Part shown: in pieces, positions 17,689 to 27,206 of the stretch
Position numbering within the stretch: the first letter of the stretch is position 1
Layout: each line of letters starts with the position of its first letter
From: Crocinitomicaceae bacterium
GTDB taxonomy: Bacteria > Bacteroidota > Bacteroidia > Flavobacteriales_D > Crocinitomicaceae
Reading direction: 5' to 3'
NCBI GenBank assembly: GCA_023957475.1
Contig: JAMLHA010000002.1
Location: 32,465 to 96,464, forward strand
DNA: 64,000 nucleotides
Notes under the pieces: generated by a model
Databases searched by the model: none
Seen by the model: the letters and a program-made list of their open reading frames with translations, nothing else
Told to the model about the DNA's origin: nothing
Program-made: the position numbers and the translations under genes

Positions 17689-18888
17689 TCAATCAACAAA
17701 CGTAAAAGCAGTTCCTGTTTTTCCTGCTCGTCCAGTTCTTCCTATTCGGTGAATGTATGTATCAAAATCATTTGGAACTTGGTAGTTTACCACCAACGAA
17801 ACATTGTTTACGTCAATTCCACGAGCCGCAACATCGGTTGCTACCAATATTCGGATTGTTCCCTTTTTAAACTTATCAAGCGCGTTGACTCTATAATTCT
17901 GCGATTTATTTCCATGAATTTGATCCGATTTTATACCCGATTCATTGAGTTTTTTAGCTAAACGATTTGCCAAATGTTTGGTTTCTGTAAATAAAATAAC
18001 TTTGTCGTAATCGGTGTTTGAAAGAAGGTTTAACAGCATTTTGAATTTATCTTGTCCTTGTGGTACTTTGATAATATCTTGTTCCACATTCTTCGAGCTT
18101 TGATCTCCAGAATGTATCTCAACAATTAAAGGATTGCTAACTATTTCATTAATAATGGATTGTTGTTTTGGATCTTTGGTTGCAGAAAACAATAACGTTT
18201 GTTTACGTTGTTTCATCCCATTAATCAATTCTCGAATATCGCGAATAAACCCCATATCGAGCATTTTGTCAAATTCATCAAGTACCAATACTTCAAAACG
18301 ACTCATTTTTAAATACCCACGATTTTTTAAATCCAATAAGCGCCCTGGAGTCCCAATGATCAAATCGAAATAATTCGATAAACTTCGAATATCCTTTTCA
18401 ACATTTGTTCCACCAATATAGCATGCCGCTCTTAACTTTAAATTTTCGGCCAATTTTTTAAATTCATCATAAACTTGTAACGCAAGTTCTCTTGTTGGTA
18501 CAATGATTATCGATTGAAATTTAGCATCGTTATTGCGCATTAAATTTTCAAGTATAGGTATCAAAAACGCACCTGTTTTACCGGTTCCGGTGTTGGCAAT
18601 TCCAATTAAATTCGATCCATTTACCAATTGATCAAATGTTTTGTCTTGTATTTCAGTAGGAGTGATAAACCCCATTTTACGAATGTTTTCCTTTAGTTGT
18701 TGATGCAAGTTCAAGTCATCAAATCGTGTTTCTACTTGAGGAGCTCTTTCTAATAAAACCTCTGCTTTTTGTATGAGCAAATTGGGATTTAGCGTTGATT
18801 TCTTTTTATTTTTCTTAGGTTGACTAAAAATAATGGTATTATTTCCTTGTTTATTAACGGGTTTGTTTGCTTTTCTATTTCGTTGCAT
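17689..18888 (-). CDS. DEAD-box RNA helicase (DEFD variant)
   Basis: Q motif GFITPTEIQ, ANTGTGKT, PTRELA, DEFD, SAT, ARGID, HRIGRTGR. Confidence 0.93.
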   Translation of the reverse strand: MQRNRKANKPVNKQGNNTIIFSQPKKNKKKSTLNPNLLIQKAEVLLERAPQVETRFDDLNLHQQLKENIRKMGFITPTEIQDKTFDQLVNGSNLIGIANTGTGKTGAFLIPILENLMRNNDAKFQSIIIVPTRELALQVYDEFKKLAENLKLRAACYIGGTNVEKDIRSLSNYFDLIIGTPGRLLDLKNRGYLKMSRFEVLVLDEFDKMLDMGFIRDIRELINGMKQRKQTLLFSATKDPKQQSIINEIVSNPLIVEIHSGDQSSKNVEQDIIKVPQGQDKFKMLLNLLSNTDYDKVILFTETKHLANRLAKKLNESGIKSDQIHGNKSQNYRVNALDKFKKGTIRILVATDVAARGIDVNNVSLVVNYQVPNDFDTYIHRIGRTGRAGKTGTAFTFVD

Positions 18889-19227
18889 ATTTTTTGTTTT
18901 CTATCTCTTTAAGATAATTCATTTATTGATAGCAAGGGATTTTCCCAAACTATATCTATGCAGAAAACTGAATTTATTCAGCATCTGAGTGAACGATAAT
19001 TCATTGTATCGTTTTGTATAAAATTCCGAAAATCTGTTGTGAAAAAGAGAAAAGAGTTTTTCTTCTTTTGTTAGAAACGAATAGAAGGACACGTTCAAAT
19101 TCGTTTGTTTTCATGTCAGGTGGAGTGCCTGATATATATTCTTAATTTCAATAACAACTTCCGGCAGGTATTTCTTTGCTGGTTTATTTGTTCATCAATA
19201 GTTGCCTACCAATAAAGCTTGTTTCTG

Positions 19228-19235
19228 CAAAGATA
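19228..19235 (-). promoter_or_regulatory. Putative -7 box for the helicase gene
   Basis: TATCTTTG(CA) on the - strand, about 340 nt upstream of the ATG. Confidence 0.6.
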
Positions 19236-19280
19236 AGCATTTTCTTCACGCTAAAATTAAATAAAGTTAAAATAAATGGT

Positions 19281-19288
19281 TACTTTTG
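19281..19288 (+). promoter_or_regulatory. Putative -7 box for the cold-shock-domain gene
   Basis: TACTTTTG, about 285 nt upstream of the ATG. Confidence 0.5.
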
Positions 19289-19506
19289 TAGCTATAAAGT
19301 TAGATTCTGTTGAAGTAGGTGTTGTAATATAGTTTAGTCAAAGCGGTTCCGCTTATCTTTCCTTTTTTATATCATTTTAATTTGAGATTTCTTTTATTGT
19401 TTCTATTTATTTAGAACAATTGTTTGTTTTATCTCATCGACAGAATGTATTTATCAATGAATGGCAAAACAGATAAGACATTTTTCTACTTTTTAAATAC
19501 GCAATT

Positions 19507-19530
19507 TACATATCGTAATATTGCGATATG
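19507..19530. promoter_or_regulatory. Second exact copy of the arsR-upstream palindrome
   Basis: TACATATCGTAATATTGCGATATG identical to 4880-4903, 42 bp upstream of the cold-shock-domain gene. Confidence 0.7.
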
Positions 19531-19572
19531 GCTTTTTAGTACAAATATTAAATTATTAATACACAAATAATT

Positions 19573-20007
19573 ATGGCGGAAACATTTAACAAGAAAGAAC
19601 GAGAAAAGAAAAGAGAGCAACGCAAAAAAGAAAAGCAATCCAAAAAAGAAAATAGAAAAGAACATGCTTCTTCTGGAGGGTGGGAAAGTATGATGGCTTA
19701 TGTGGATGAAAATGGATTACTTCAAGACACACCGCCAGATCCGTCTGCAAAAAAGAAAATCAACGCCAAATCGATTGAAATAGGGATTCCCAGAAGAGAG
19801 AAAGAAGAATTTGACCCAGTATTAAGAGGTTTTATCAATTATTTTGATTCAGCAAAAGGTTATGGATTCATAAAAACAGAAGACGATGAAAATTTCTTTG
19901 TACATCAAAACAATGTTTCTGGAATAGCCGAAAAAGGTAAAAAGGTTCGATTTGAAAAGGAGAAAAGCGCAAAAGGGTGGGTTGCAATCAAAGTTGTAAT
20001 CGAGTAG
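19573..20007 (+). CDS. Cold-shock domain protein with basic N-terminal extension
   Basis: KGYGFI (RNP1) and FFVH (RNP2); Lys/Glu-rich N-terminus typical of Bacteroidota. Confidence 0.88.
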   Translation: MAETFNKKEREKKREQRKKEKQSKKENRKEHASSGGWESMMAYVDENGLLQDTPPDPSAKKKINAKSIEIGIPRREKEEFDPVLRGFINYFDSAKGYGFIKTEDDENFFVHQNNVSGIAEKGKKVRFEKEKSAKGWVAIKVVIE

Positions 20008-20058
20008 TCTTAAATTCATAAAAAAACTCTGTGCTTTTGTGGTGATTCAATAAATTTC

Positions 20059-20140
20059 CGTACAGAAATCGTACAATTTTAAAATGAAAAACGTATAACT
20101 ATCAATTAATTAGACGTTTTGTTACGTAACCCCGTAAGGA
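20059..20140 (-). mobile_element. att-like relic: duplicated tRNA-Arg 3' end plus arm-like repeats
   Basis: GTAACCCCGTAAGGA (20126-20140) matches the tRNA 3' end GTGACCCCGTAAGGA at 14/15; adjacent AAAACGT...ACGTTTT inverted repeat and two CGTACA direct repeats; no integrase seen. Confidence 0.5.
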
Positions 20141-20292
20141 GTAAATAACCTATAGTGCTCCGAATTCCGAACAAAATCTTTATATTCTTTCAGAATATGA
20201 ATCTTTTTTTATTACCCATCTGTCTGAGTCTTTTCAAGCCTCACAGCTGTTTAATAAAAAAAGCCTCCCTTTCGGAAAGCTTTTGTTCTTAG

Positions 20293-20366
20293 TGACCCCG
20301 TAAGGATTCTAACCTTAAACCTCCACAGCCGTAATGTGGTGCTCTATACAGTTGAGCTACGGAGCC
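20293..20366 (-). tRNA. tRNA-Arg(ACG)
   Basis: Full cloverleaf; anticodon arm CCACA-TTACGGC-TGTGG; A20 present; CCA not encoded. Confidence 0.9.
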
Positions 20367-20438
20367 ATGCTTATTTAGCGAATGCAAAATTAGCTTATTT
20401 TTCTAAAACAACAACAATTTTTTTAGTTTATTTCAATT

Positions 20439-20723
20439 TTATTCGATTACAGCGCTTATTCCTCTGTCTAACAAGGCAGTACACATTGGTTCTAAATGCT
20501 CGTAATTACCTCGTTTCACCTGACATTTGCCATTGTGATGAATAATCAATGTACACTGCTCAGCTTGCAACGTATTGTGCTCGCAAACTTTTATAAGTGA
20601 TTCAATAACAAAATCAAATGTATTCACATCATCGTTGTAAACCACTAAATCGTATTTGTCCACAAGTTGCTCTATTACAGAAACCTCTTCTTGTGTTTGC
20701 GTATTGTTTTTAATTACCTCCAT
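20439..20723 (-). CDS. clpS: ATP-dependent Clp protease adaptor ClpS
   Basis: LVVYNDDVNTFDFVIESL, QAEQCTLIIHHNGKC; ATG at 20723 preferred. Confidence 0.9.
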   Translation of the reverse strand: MEVIKNNTQTQEEVSVIEQLVDKYDLVVYNDDVNTFDFVIESLIKVCEHNTLQAEQCTLIIHHNGKCQVKRGNYEHLEPMCTALLDRGISAVIE

Positions 20724-23700
20724 TTTTCTCTTCATTTTTTCCTTCTGAAAGGTTAAAACCAAATAGGGAAGTTGTGTTTTTTATTTCTTCCATATCTGCC
20801 GCTTGTACATCAAAAATACGAACTTCAATTGTTTCATCTACTAATTTGTATTCCTTCCTGTACGGCAATTTGATCAACCAATCATTGAAGTCACCCGGAA
20901 TTGTACGTTGATTTATTGAAATGGTTACTTTAGTTTGATAATTTTTTAAATATTCTTCTCTATTCAAGTGGATAGTGTCCATTTCATCTACAAACGTTGC
21001 AATTCTCGGCAAGCGTGTGTCAGCTGGATAATAATCAGATTTAATGCGTTTATCGTTTTTGTCATAATAGAAATTACCCTTTACATTGTAACGATTAATT
21101 TCATCTTTCGGATAACTATCAAATGTTTTCTTCGAAGCAAATTGTACAAACGAAGTGGCATCTACTACACTTTTTACCAACGTAAAGGTTTCATTAAATA
21201 CCGTTTTTTCTTCTATAATGTCTGGACGATCTTCTTCTACTTGTGTTTTAACTACCGTTTCTTGTGATCCTTCTTTATAGACCGGAACACCTTGACGGAT
21301 TAATTCCAACGCTTTAGCAATCGTAATACGTTCATTTTGGTAATACGCAACAACAAATGCTTCTTTAACTGCTGTATTTCGAATGCGTGTTTGCATGTCA
21401 ATAGCACTATTTAAACTGCTGAAAAGCCCAACGTTGTAACGTATTTGGCCATTGCCCAAACGGAAAGTATATAATGGTTTCAAATTGTGTAAACGTTCAT
21501 TACTTGCAGGTTTGTTAAATACACCTATTTGAACCGTAAAATAAAGTTGATTGTAATCGTATTGCTCTATCGCCTCTGCTTTGGCTGCTCCTGGTGCTTT
21601 GTTGTACGCAAATTCAGAAACAGGCTTTAAGGTTTTTGTCGTGTCCTCAATACCTAAATGAGAAGCAATGTTCGATGCTACTTCCAATTGAATTTCATTG
21701 GTGCTTTGACCAATACATTCTCCTCTTGCTTCCATGTTGCGTGCTTCACCAAATGGAATGCGCTTCCCATCACAGTAAGCAACTACAAAGGCATCGGCAT
21801 AACCAAATTGACGTATTTTTTCGCGAGCATCTACCACTGATACGGCATTGTTGAAGAATCCTGCCATGTAGCGAATAACGTTTGTATTGGCTATTTTCTC
21901 TCCTGTTACAGGTGTAAATTCTTTAAAATGTCCTTCTGGCAATGGTTTTGCAAATGCTCCAACTTGTACACGATAAACCAAGCCTTTAGGTGATAAAACA
22001 TCTACCGGAATCATGCTTGTTTCAGAAACGATATGTGCATTTGCATTGTAATCGATACCATTTACTGAAATCGGAACCAATGCAGCTGCAATCAATGATT
22101 TCTTGATTGGGTTTATACCTCTTGCAACTAAGTTTTGATATTTCATAGCTTCAGTTGAATCTGATGGTAAATACGTGTTTGCTTCTTTATTTAATTGGGC
22201 TATTTCGGTCTCCAATTGTTTCAAAGATAGGGAGATATTTGAAATAGTATCCAATAGATTTGATTTTTGTTGCATTAAATCTACTCGTTCTTGTTGCGAA
22301 GCAGTCATTTCTTGCTGGCGAATAGCAGTCAATTTTTGCTGTTGTTTCAATAAATTTTCGCTGTTAACAGTATGTTTATTAATTAATTCATCTTGCTTGG
22401 CAATTACTGTTGCATATTTTTCATAGTTTTCTGTTGAGGCAATTTGTCGCTCTTCGTTGTAAGATAAATTTACAGTGTTTTCACTAAGACTTGTTGGTTG
22501 TTTGATTGGTTGATAAAGTGCAAGCTGCTTGTCGATGAGTTCTATTTCTTTCTGCAATAAGCTTTGTTTTTCTTTGATCGCTCCAACTTCTACACCAACT
22601 TGCTCTTTTTCTTTTTTGTTCTTGGTGGTAGCATATTGGTAATCTTTCTCCAATTTTAATGTTTCTAATTCTCCAATCTCAATGGAATAGCGCTTTTTCT
22701 TTTCTGCTAATGATTCTTGATCATAAATTCTTGCCGCAGTGTGCTCCGAAACAAATGATTGATCTTCTTCTAACTCAGTAACCTGCTTTAAATAGTTTAA
22801 ATGTGCTTCGTTTTTGTCTTGCAGTTGGCTTAAAATAAGCTCTTTTCCAGCAGTTGTTTTTTCTTTGAGCAACTTAGCTTCTAAATCATTCTTTTCGGCC
22901 TCGTAAACGCTTGTATTGTTATTTGTAAGGTTTTTTTGTTGCGATTGTTGCTGCAATGTTTCAATTTGTTGTTGCGTTGTTTCGTTGGCTGCTATTAAAT
23001 GGTCAATTTCCTTTTCTGCTTGTTGATTTTTAAGAACAAGCATTTCCTTTTCAAGTTCTTTACGTTCTTTTTTAGAAATGTCATCGTTTAACATTTTAGC
23101 TTCTATCTCTTGTTGCTTTGTTGTTGGCACCACATCGGAGGGAGTAGAAGAGGTGTTTTCTATATTTTGCGCTACAATTGCTTGTTCTATGCTTGCTTTT
23201 TGTTGTTCCAACGCTTGAATACGGTTAGATATGCGTTGCGTTTCTTGATTCACAGCATCTTTGTACAATTCTTTCTCTGTTTTTGGTGCTTTGGCTAAAA
23301 CTTGGTTGATTTGTTTTTGGTAATCTTTCAAACGTTGAACAGTTTGATTGATTGCTTCTACAGTTGTTGGTTCTTCATTGAAATCACTTTCGATGTTGCC
23401 TGAATAAGACGCTTGCAATTCCTTGGTAACAACGGTAGGAGTTTTAGCAGGTTTTACCTGTTCAGGTGTGTCCTTTGGTTGTTTGTTTTCTTGTGTTTGA
23501 TTTGCATTTGTTTGTTGAGCTATAGCAGCTTGTTCAAGCACCGTTTTTTGTTTTTCCAATTCTTGAATACGTGTATTTACACGTTGTTGCTCTTGATTGA
23601 TAACAGCTACATAATCTGCACGTTCATTGTTTGAAATAGTTTCAAGTACGTCATTGTTTTGTTGTTTGTAGTTTTCTAAACGTTGTATCGTAGTTGCAAT

Positions 23701-26700
23701 TTCTTCAATTGTAGAAGGAGTTGCTGTAAAATCAGTTTTTAAATCACCGCTATATAATTTTTGAAGATCCTCTAAAATAATTGTTGGGGTCTTTTTTTCT
23801 TGTTCAATTGGTTTGACTACTTCATTTGTTGTCTGTTGGGTGTTGGTAGATGTCGTGTTGTTTTCGTTAGCATTTTTTTGGTTGTTTTGAGCAATGATTT
23901 CTTTTTGTTTTTGCAATTCAACTTTTTCATTGTTCACGAGCATCGCAACTTCATCTATTTTATTCTCAATAGCTACAATTTTAGGATCAATGCTTTTATT
24001 TTCAGGATTTTTAACCTTGATCGCTTCTAAAGCTTGTTTTTGCTTGGTTAAGTCTTTGTTTAATTGATTCAGAAGGTTGATGTTATCTTGCGCATTGTCA
24101 GATTCTTGCAATGTTACCATTGCTTTTTGGTAGGCATTGTCAGCACCTTGACCAAGTTCGTCAATTTGATTTTGTATTTGCTGCTGTTTTGCGATTAATT
24201 CATCTGTTTTAGCCAGTTTTTCTATTTCTTTAACTCGTGCAGCAATGGTTGTTTTTAGTTCATTGATTTTTTTGTCAATCAATTGATTTTTTGCTTGTAA
24301 TACTTTTGTTTCACTTGTTTTTGCAAGCTGTTCTTTGGTTTGTTTTATTTCTTCCAATAATTTATCAATCAAATCATGGTCGTTGCTGTTCAATTGCTTT
24401 AATTTTTCAATTTCTGTTAATTGATCATCTTCTTGTATTTGATTTTGAAGAGTAGAATAAGTTGGAGCGATAGAACTAATGATTGATTCAATGTTTTGCT
24501 TGGATATTTCCTTGTTTGCATTTGAAGTCAAGGAATCTTTCAAAATCTTTTGGTCTTGATTGAGTTCAACCAATAGTTTTTCAATTTTAGTTATTTGCTG
24601 ATTTGTGGCATCAGTGTTTTCTTTTTGTTTTAATTCACTCAAATACTCTTTTAATTCTGCTTGTTTTTGAGTGTTTAATTCCAACAATTGTTTTTGACGC
24701 TCGTAATTGCTTATCTCGTCATTTGAATAGATTTCTACTGACTGTTCGTTATATTGCGATATTGCGATATCGGCATAATCTTTGCTCTCATTAGAGGTAG
24801 AATTCTTTTCGCGTAACTCTGCTAATGCATTTTCAGAATATGCACGTAATGTTTCAATTTTGCTGTTATTGGTGTTGTATTTTGCTTGAATGATTTCATC
24901 ATTGGAAATAGGTTTCCCTTTGTATGCATCAATTTCGTTTGCAACGGCTAAATGTTTTTCGTTGGTGTTTCTTTTTTCTGCTTGTTCGGCAATCAACGTT
25001 TGCACTTTTGTTAAAGCGCTTTTAGCATCGTTTAATTCATAGTTTTTGGCATCTATTTCATCTTGAATAGGTTGCTTTTGTTTAGGTTTTGCAGCATCAC
25101 GTTGTTGTTCTAATTTAGCAATGTCATCCTCAATACGCTTAACGGTTTCGATGTTTGTTGCTTCAACAGACTTTAGTCGTGTTAGTTCTTTTTGAATACC
25201 TAACTGCTCTTGCACCAATTTTTCAGAAGAAGTTACGTTGTTTCCTTTTAAAAATGATTGAATCAAATCTTTGTTTTCGGTTAATGTAGCGATAGCTTCT
25301 TTGTTTTGATTATTCGCTATTGCAGTTGAAAACTGATCGATGACTGTTTTTACTTCTCGTAAATTAACGTGGGTTCCGTTTGAATTTGCTTGTGTAAGTT
25401 GATTGCTGATTTGTTCAATTTCATCAATTTTGTCAAACAATTGATCTCTTTGCTCATACAATTCGGCAATGTTTTCTAAAATGGCTTCTTTTCGCTGTAA
25501 ATTATCTGCATTATCGGCTTCTTTTATGAGGTTTTTAATCTGTTCATCTGTTTGATTGATTTGATTGAGAATGGCTAAAACCACACCATTTGTAGAAGTT
25601 TCTAATTTGCGATCAGATTGTTTTGCATTGCTGGCTTCTTGATAATTTTCTTTAAGTTGTTGACTGACTTCATTTGGCGTTTTAGTTCCCATTCCAAGCT
25701 CTGAAATGATTTTTTGGAGTTCAACTTGAGCATGCAACTCATTTTCATCAAATTGATCTTCGTTGATATTCAAATTCGCTCTTTCTTTCAGTACTTGAGA
25801 AACAATGCTTTGTGCATCGTCAAATCGTTCGTCAAATAAATTCGTGATTTTAATTTGTTCCTGACCATCTACAATCAAATGTTCCATTCTCTGTTTTAAT
25901 GGACGCAATTCTTTTAAAAATGGCACATCAATATCCATTTTAAATGTTTCATTAGAACCAGCTATTGTAATGGTGTACTGATATTTTCCGCCTTTTGGAA
26001 AAACAATTAAATAACTGTCGTCATCCAATGAATTGAAATATCCAATGAATTTACCACTGACTTTATCAGTTACTTCACAGGTCATTTTAGAATTGGCAGG
26101 CAACACCGTTGACGAAAATCCTCCTTTGATAATTGCCAGTTGAATAGGAATGCGCTCAACACCTACTTTGTAAACAACCACTTTGCCATCTTGTGATTGA
26201 CGAGTTGATGAAAAATAGGCGTTTTTATTCTCTTTATCAACAACATATAGGATATCGTCATCTGGTGAACTGATGGCAAAATCAACATTTGTTACATCAG
26301 AATATGTGTTATCGCTATATTGCGATTTGAAGATATCGTATCCTCCCATTGAATTGTGCCCTTTGGAAGAAAAGTACAGTTCTCTACCATTTGGATGCAT
26401 GAATGGATAATCTTCATCGTAAGGTGTATTGATAACATCGGGTAATCGTTGTGGTAAACCGTATTTTCCTCCAGGAAGTCTTTTTGCTACGTAAATATCA
26501 AGGTTGTCTCGATCACCATAACTTGCAAAATAAACGTTTTCCATATTGGGTAAAATACAGACTATCGGTTTGTGATCGTATTTTTTATCGTTTTTTGATT
26601 GAAAATCTACCGCCGTAATTATACTTCCACCCATATCGCTCAAATCATACAGACGGAAAAAATCTTGTTGTTTAATTTCTGTTTTTTTACGTACGATGAT

Positions 26701-27159
26701 GTCTGTAATCGTGCTTAGTAATTGCTTACCACTATTACACATTTCAATGTTTCTTTTCGCATCATTGTAGTATTCACCTTTGATGCCAGCAGATTTAATG
26801 TACAAGTTGTATTCAGCAATGGCATCGTTGAACTGGTAATTCAAATGGTAGGCTTTCCCCAAATAATAATGAGCAGCATCAATCGGTGTGGGACTGGTAA
26901 TTGCGTATTTTAAATAGCGAATGGCATTTTGCTTGCTGGTCGAATTGAACAATAAACAAGTACCGTATTTAAAACTGTAATCATAATCTCTTGGTTGTAA
27001 AGAAAGCAACCTTAAGTAGAGAGGGGTGGCTTCAACAAATTCCTTCTTATTGAACAAAGCATCGGCTTTTGTTTTCATTTCGACTTCTGTCTGAGTCAAA
27101 GAATTGAAAACAATGAATAGTGTAACAACAAAGAGGGCAATATGTTTACTAAAAGACAC
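20710..27159 (-). CDS. Giant exported protein: TPR + PD40 repeats + long coiled coil + two SPOR-like domains
   Basis: Signal-peptide-like start; TPR helices (AAHYYLGKAYH); PD40 motifs (NTPYDEDYPFMHPNGRELYFSS); Q/E/K/L heptad-rich core; VYRVQVGAF and FTVQIGVF. Confidence 0.7.
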   Translation of the reverse strand: MSFSKHIALFVVTLFIVFNSLTQTEVEMKTKADALFNKKEFVEATPLYLRLLSLQPRDYDYSFKYGTCLLFNSTSKQNAIRYLKYAITSPTPIDAAHYYLGKAYHLNYQFNDAIAEYNLYIKSAGIKGEYYNDAKRNIEMCNSGKQLLSTITDIIVRKKTEIKQQDFFRLYDLSDMGGSIITAVDFQSKNDKKYDHKPIVCILPNMENVYFASYGDRDNLDIYVAKRLPGGKYGLPQRLPDVINTPYDEDYPFMHPNGRELYFSSKGHNSMGGYDIFKSQYSDNTYSDVTNVDFAISSPDDDILYVVDKENKNAYFSSTRQSQDGKVVVYKVGVERIPIQLAIIKGGFSSTVLPANSKMTCEVTDKVSGKFIGYFNSLDDDSYLIVFPKGGKYQYTITIAGSNETFKMDIDVPFLKELRPLKQRMEHLIVDGQEQIKITNLFDERFDDAQSIVSQVLKERANLNINEDQFDENELHAQVELQKIISELGMGTKTPNEVSQQLKENYQEASNAKQSDRKLETSTNGVVLAILNQINQTDEQIKNLIKEADNADNLQRKEAILENIAELYEQRDQLFDKIDEIEQISNQLTQANSNGTHVNLREVKTVIDQFSTAIANNQNKEAIATLTENKDLIQSFLKGNNVTSSEKLVQEQLGIQKELTRLKSVEATNIETVKRIEDDIAKLEQQRDAAKPKQKQPIQDEIDAKNYELNDAKSALTKVQTLIAEQAEKRNTNEKHLAVANEIDAYKGKPISNDEIIQAKYNTNNSKIETLRAYSENALAELREKNSTSNESKDYADIAISQYNEQSVEIYSNDEISNYERQKQLLELNTQKQAELKEYLSELKQKENTDATNQQITKIEKLLVELNQDQKILKDSLTSNANKEISKQNIESIISSIAPTYSTLQNQIQEDDQLTEIEKLKQLNSNDHDLIDKLLEEIKQTKEQLAKTSETKVLQAKNQLIDKKINELKTTIAARVKEIEKLAKTDELIAKQQQIQNQIDELGQGADNAYQKAMVTLQESDNAQDNINLLNQLNKDLTKQKQALEAIKVKNPENKSIDPKIVAIENKIDEVAMLVNNEKVELQKQKEIIAQNNQKNANENNTTSTNTQQTTNEVVKPIEQEKKTPTIILEDLQKLYSGDLKTDFTATPSTIEEIATTIQRLENYKQQNNDVLETISNNERADYVAVINQEQQRVNTRIQELEKQKTVLEQAAIAQQTNANQTQENKQPKDTPEQVKPAKTPTVVTKELQASYSGNIESDFNEEPTTVEAINQTVQRLKDYQKQINQVLAKAPKTEKELYKDAVNQETQRISNRIQALEQQKASIEQAIVAQNIENTSSTPSDVVPTTKQQEIEAKMLNDDISKKERKELEKEMLVLKNQQAEKEIDHLIAANETTQQQIETLQQQSQQKNLTNNNTSVYEAEKNDLEAKLLKEKTTAGKELILSQLQDKNEAHLNYLKQVTELEEDQSFVSEHTAARIYDQESLAEKKKRYSIEIGELETLKLEKDYQYATTKNKKEKEQVGVEVGAIKEKQSLLQKEIELIDKQLALYQPIKQPTSLSENTVNLSYNEERQIASTENYEKYATVIAKQDELINKHTVNSENLLKQQQKLTAIRQQEMTASQQERVDLMQQKSNLLDTISNISLSLKQLETEIAQLNKEANTYLPSDSTEAMKYQNLVARGINPIKKSLIAAALVPISVNGIDYNANAHIVSETSMIPVDVLSPKGLVYRVQVGAFAKPLPEGHFKEFTPVTGEKIANTNVIRYMAGFFNNAVSVVDAREKIRQFGYADAFVVAYCDGKRIPFGEARNMEARGECIGQSTNEIQLEVASNIASHLGIEDTTKTLKPVSEFAYNKAPGAAKAEAIEQYDYNQLYFTVQIGVFNKPASNERLHNLKPLYTFRLGNGQIRYNVGLFSSLNSAIDMQTRIRNTAVKEAFVVAYYQNERITIAKALELIRQGVPVYKEGSQETVVKTQVEEDRPDIIEEKTVFNETFTLVKSVVDATSFVQFASKKTFDSYPKDEINRYNVKGNFYYDKNDKRIKSDYYPADTRLPRIATFVDEMDTIHLNREEYLKNYQTKVTISINQRTIPGDFNDWLIKLPYRKEYKLVDETIEVRIFDVQAADMEEIKNTTSLFGFNLSEGKNEEKNGGN

Positions 27160-27206
27160 TTTTTGAGATGACTATTGTATTTTTATATATTCATAAGTAT
27201 ATACGA

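Noticed and set aside
17689-18888. DEFD instead of DEAD as a novel helicase, or helicase as a Cas accessory
   Set aside because: DEFD variants are common in Bacteroidota; the gene has its own terminator before tracrRNA and pairs with the cold-shock gene.
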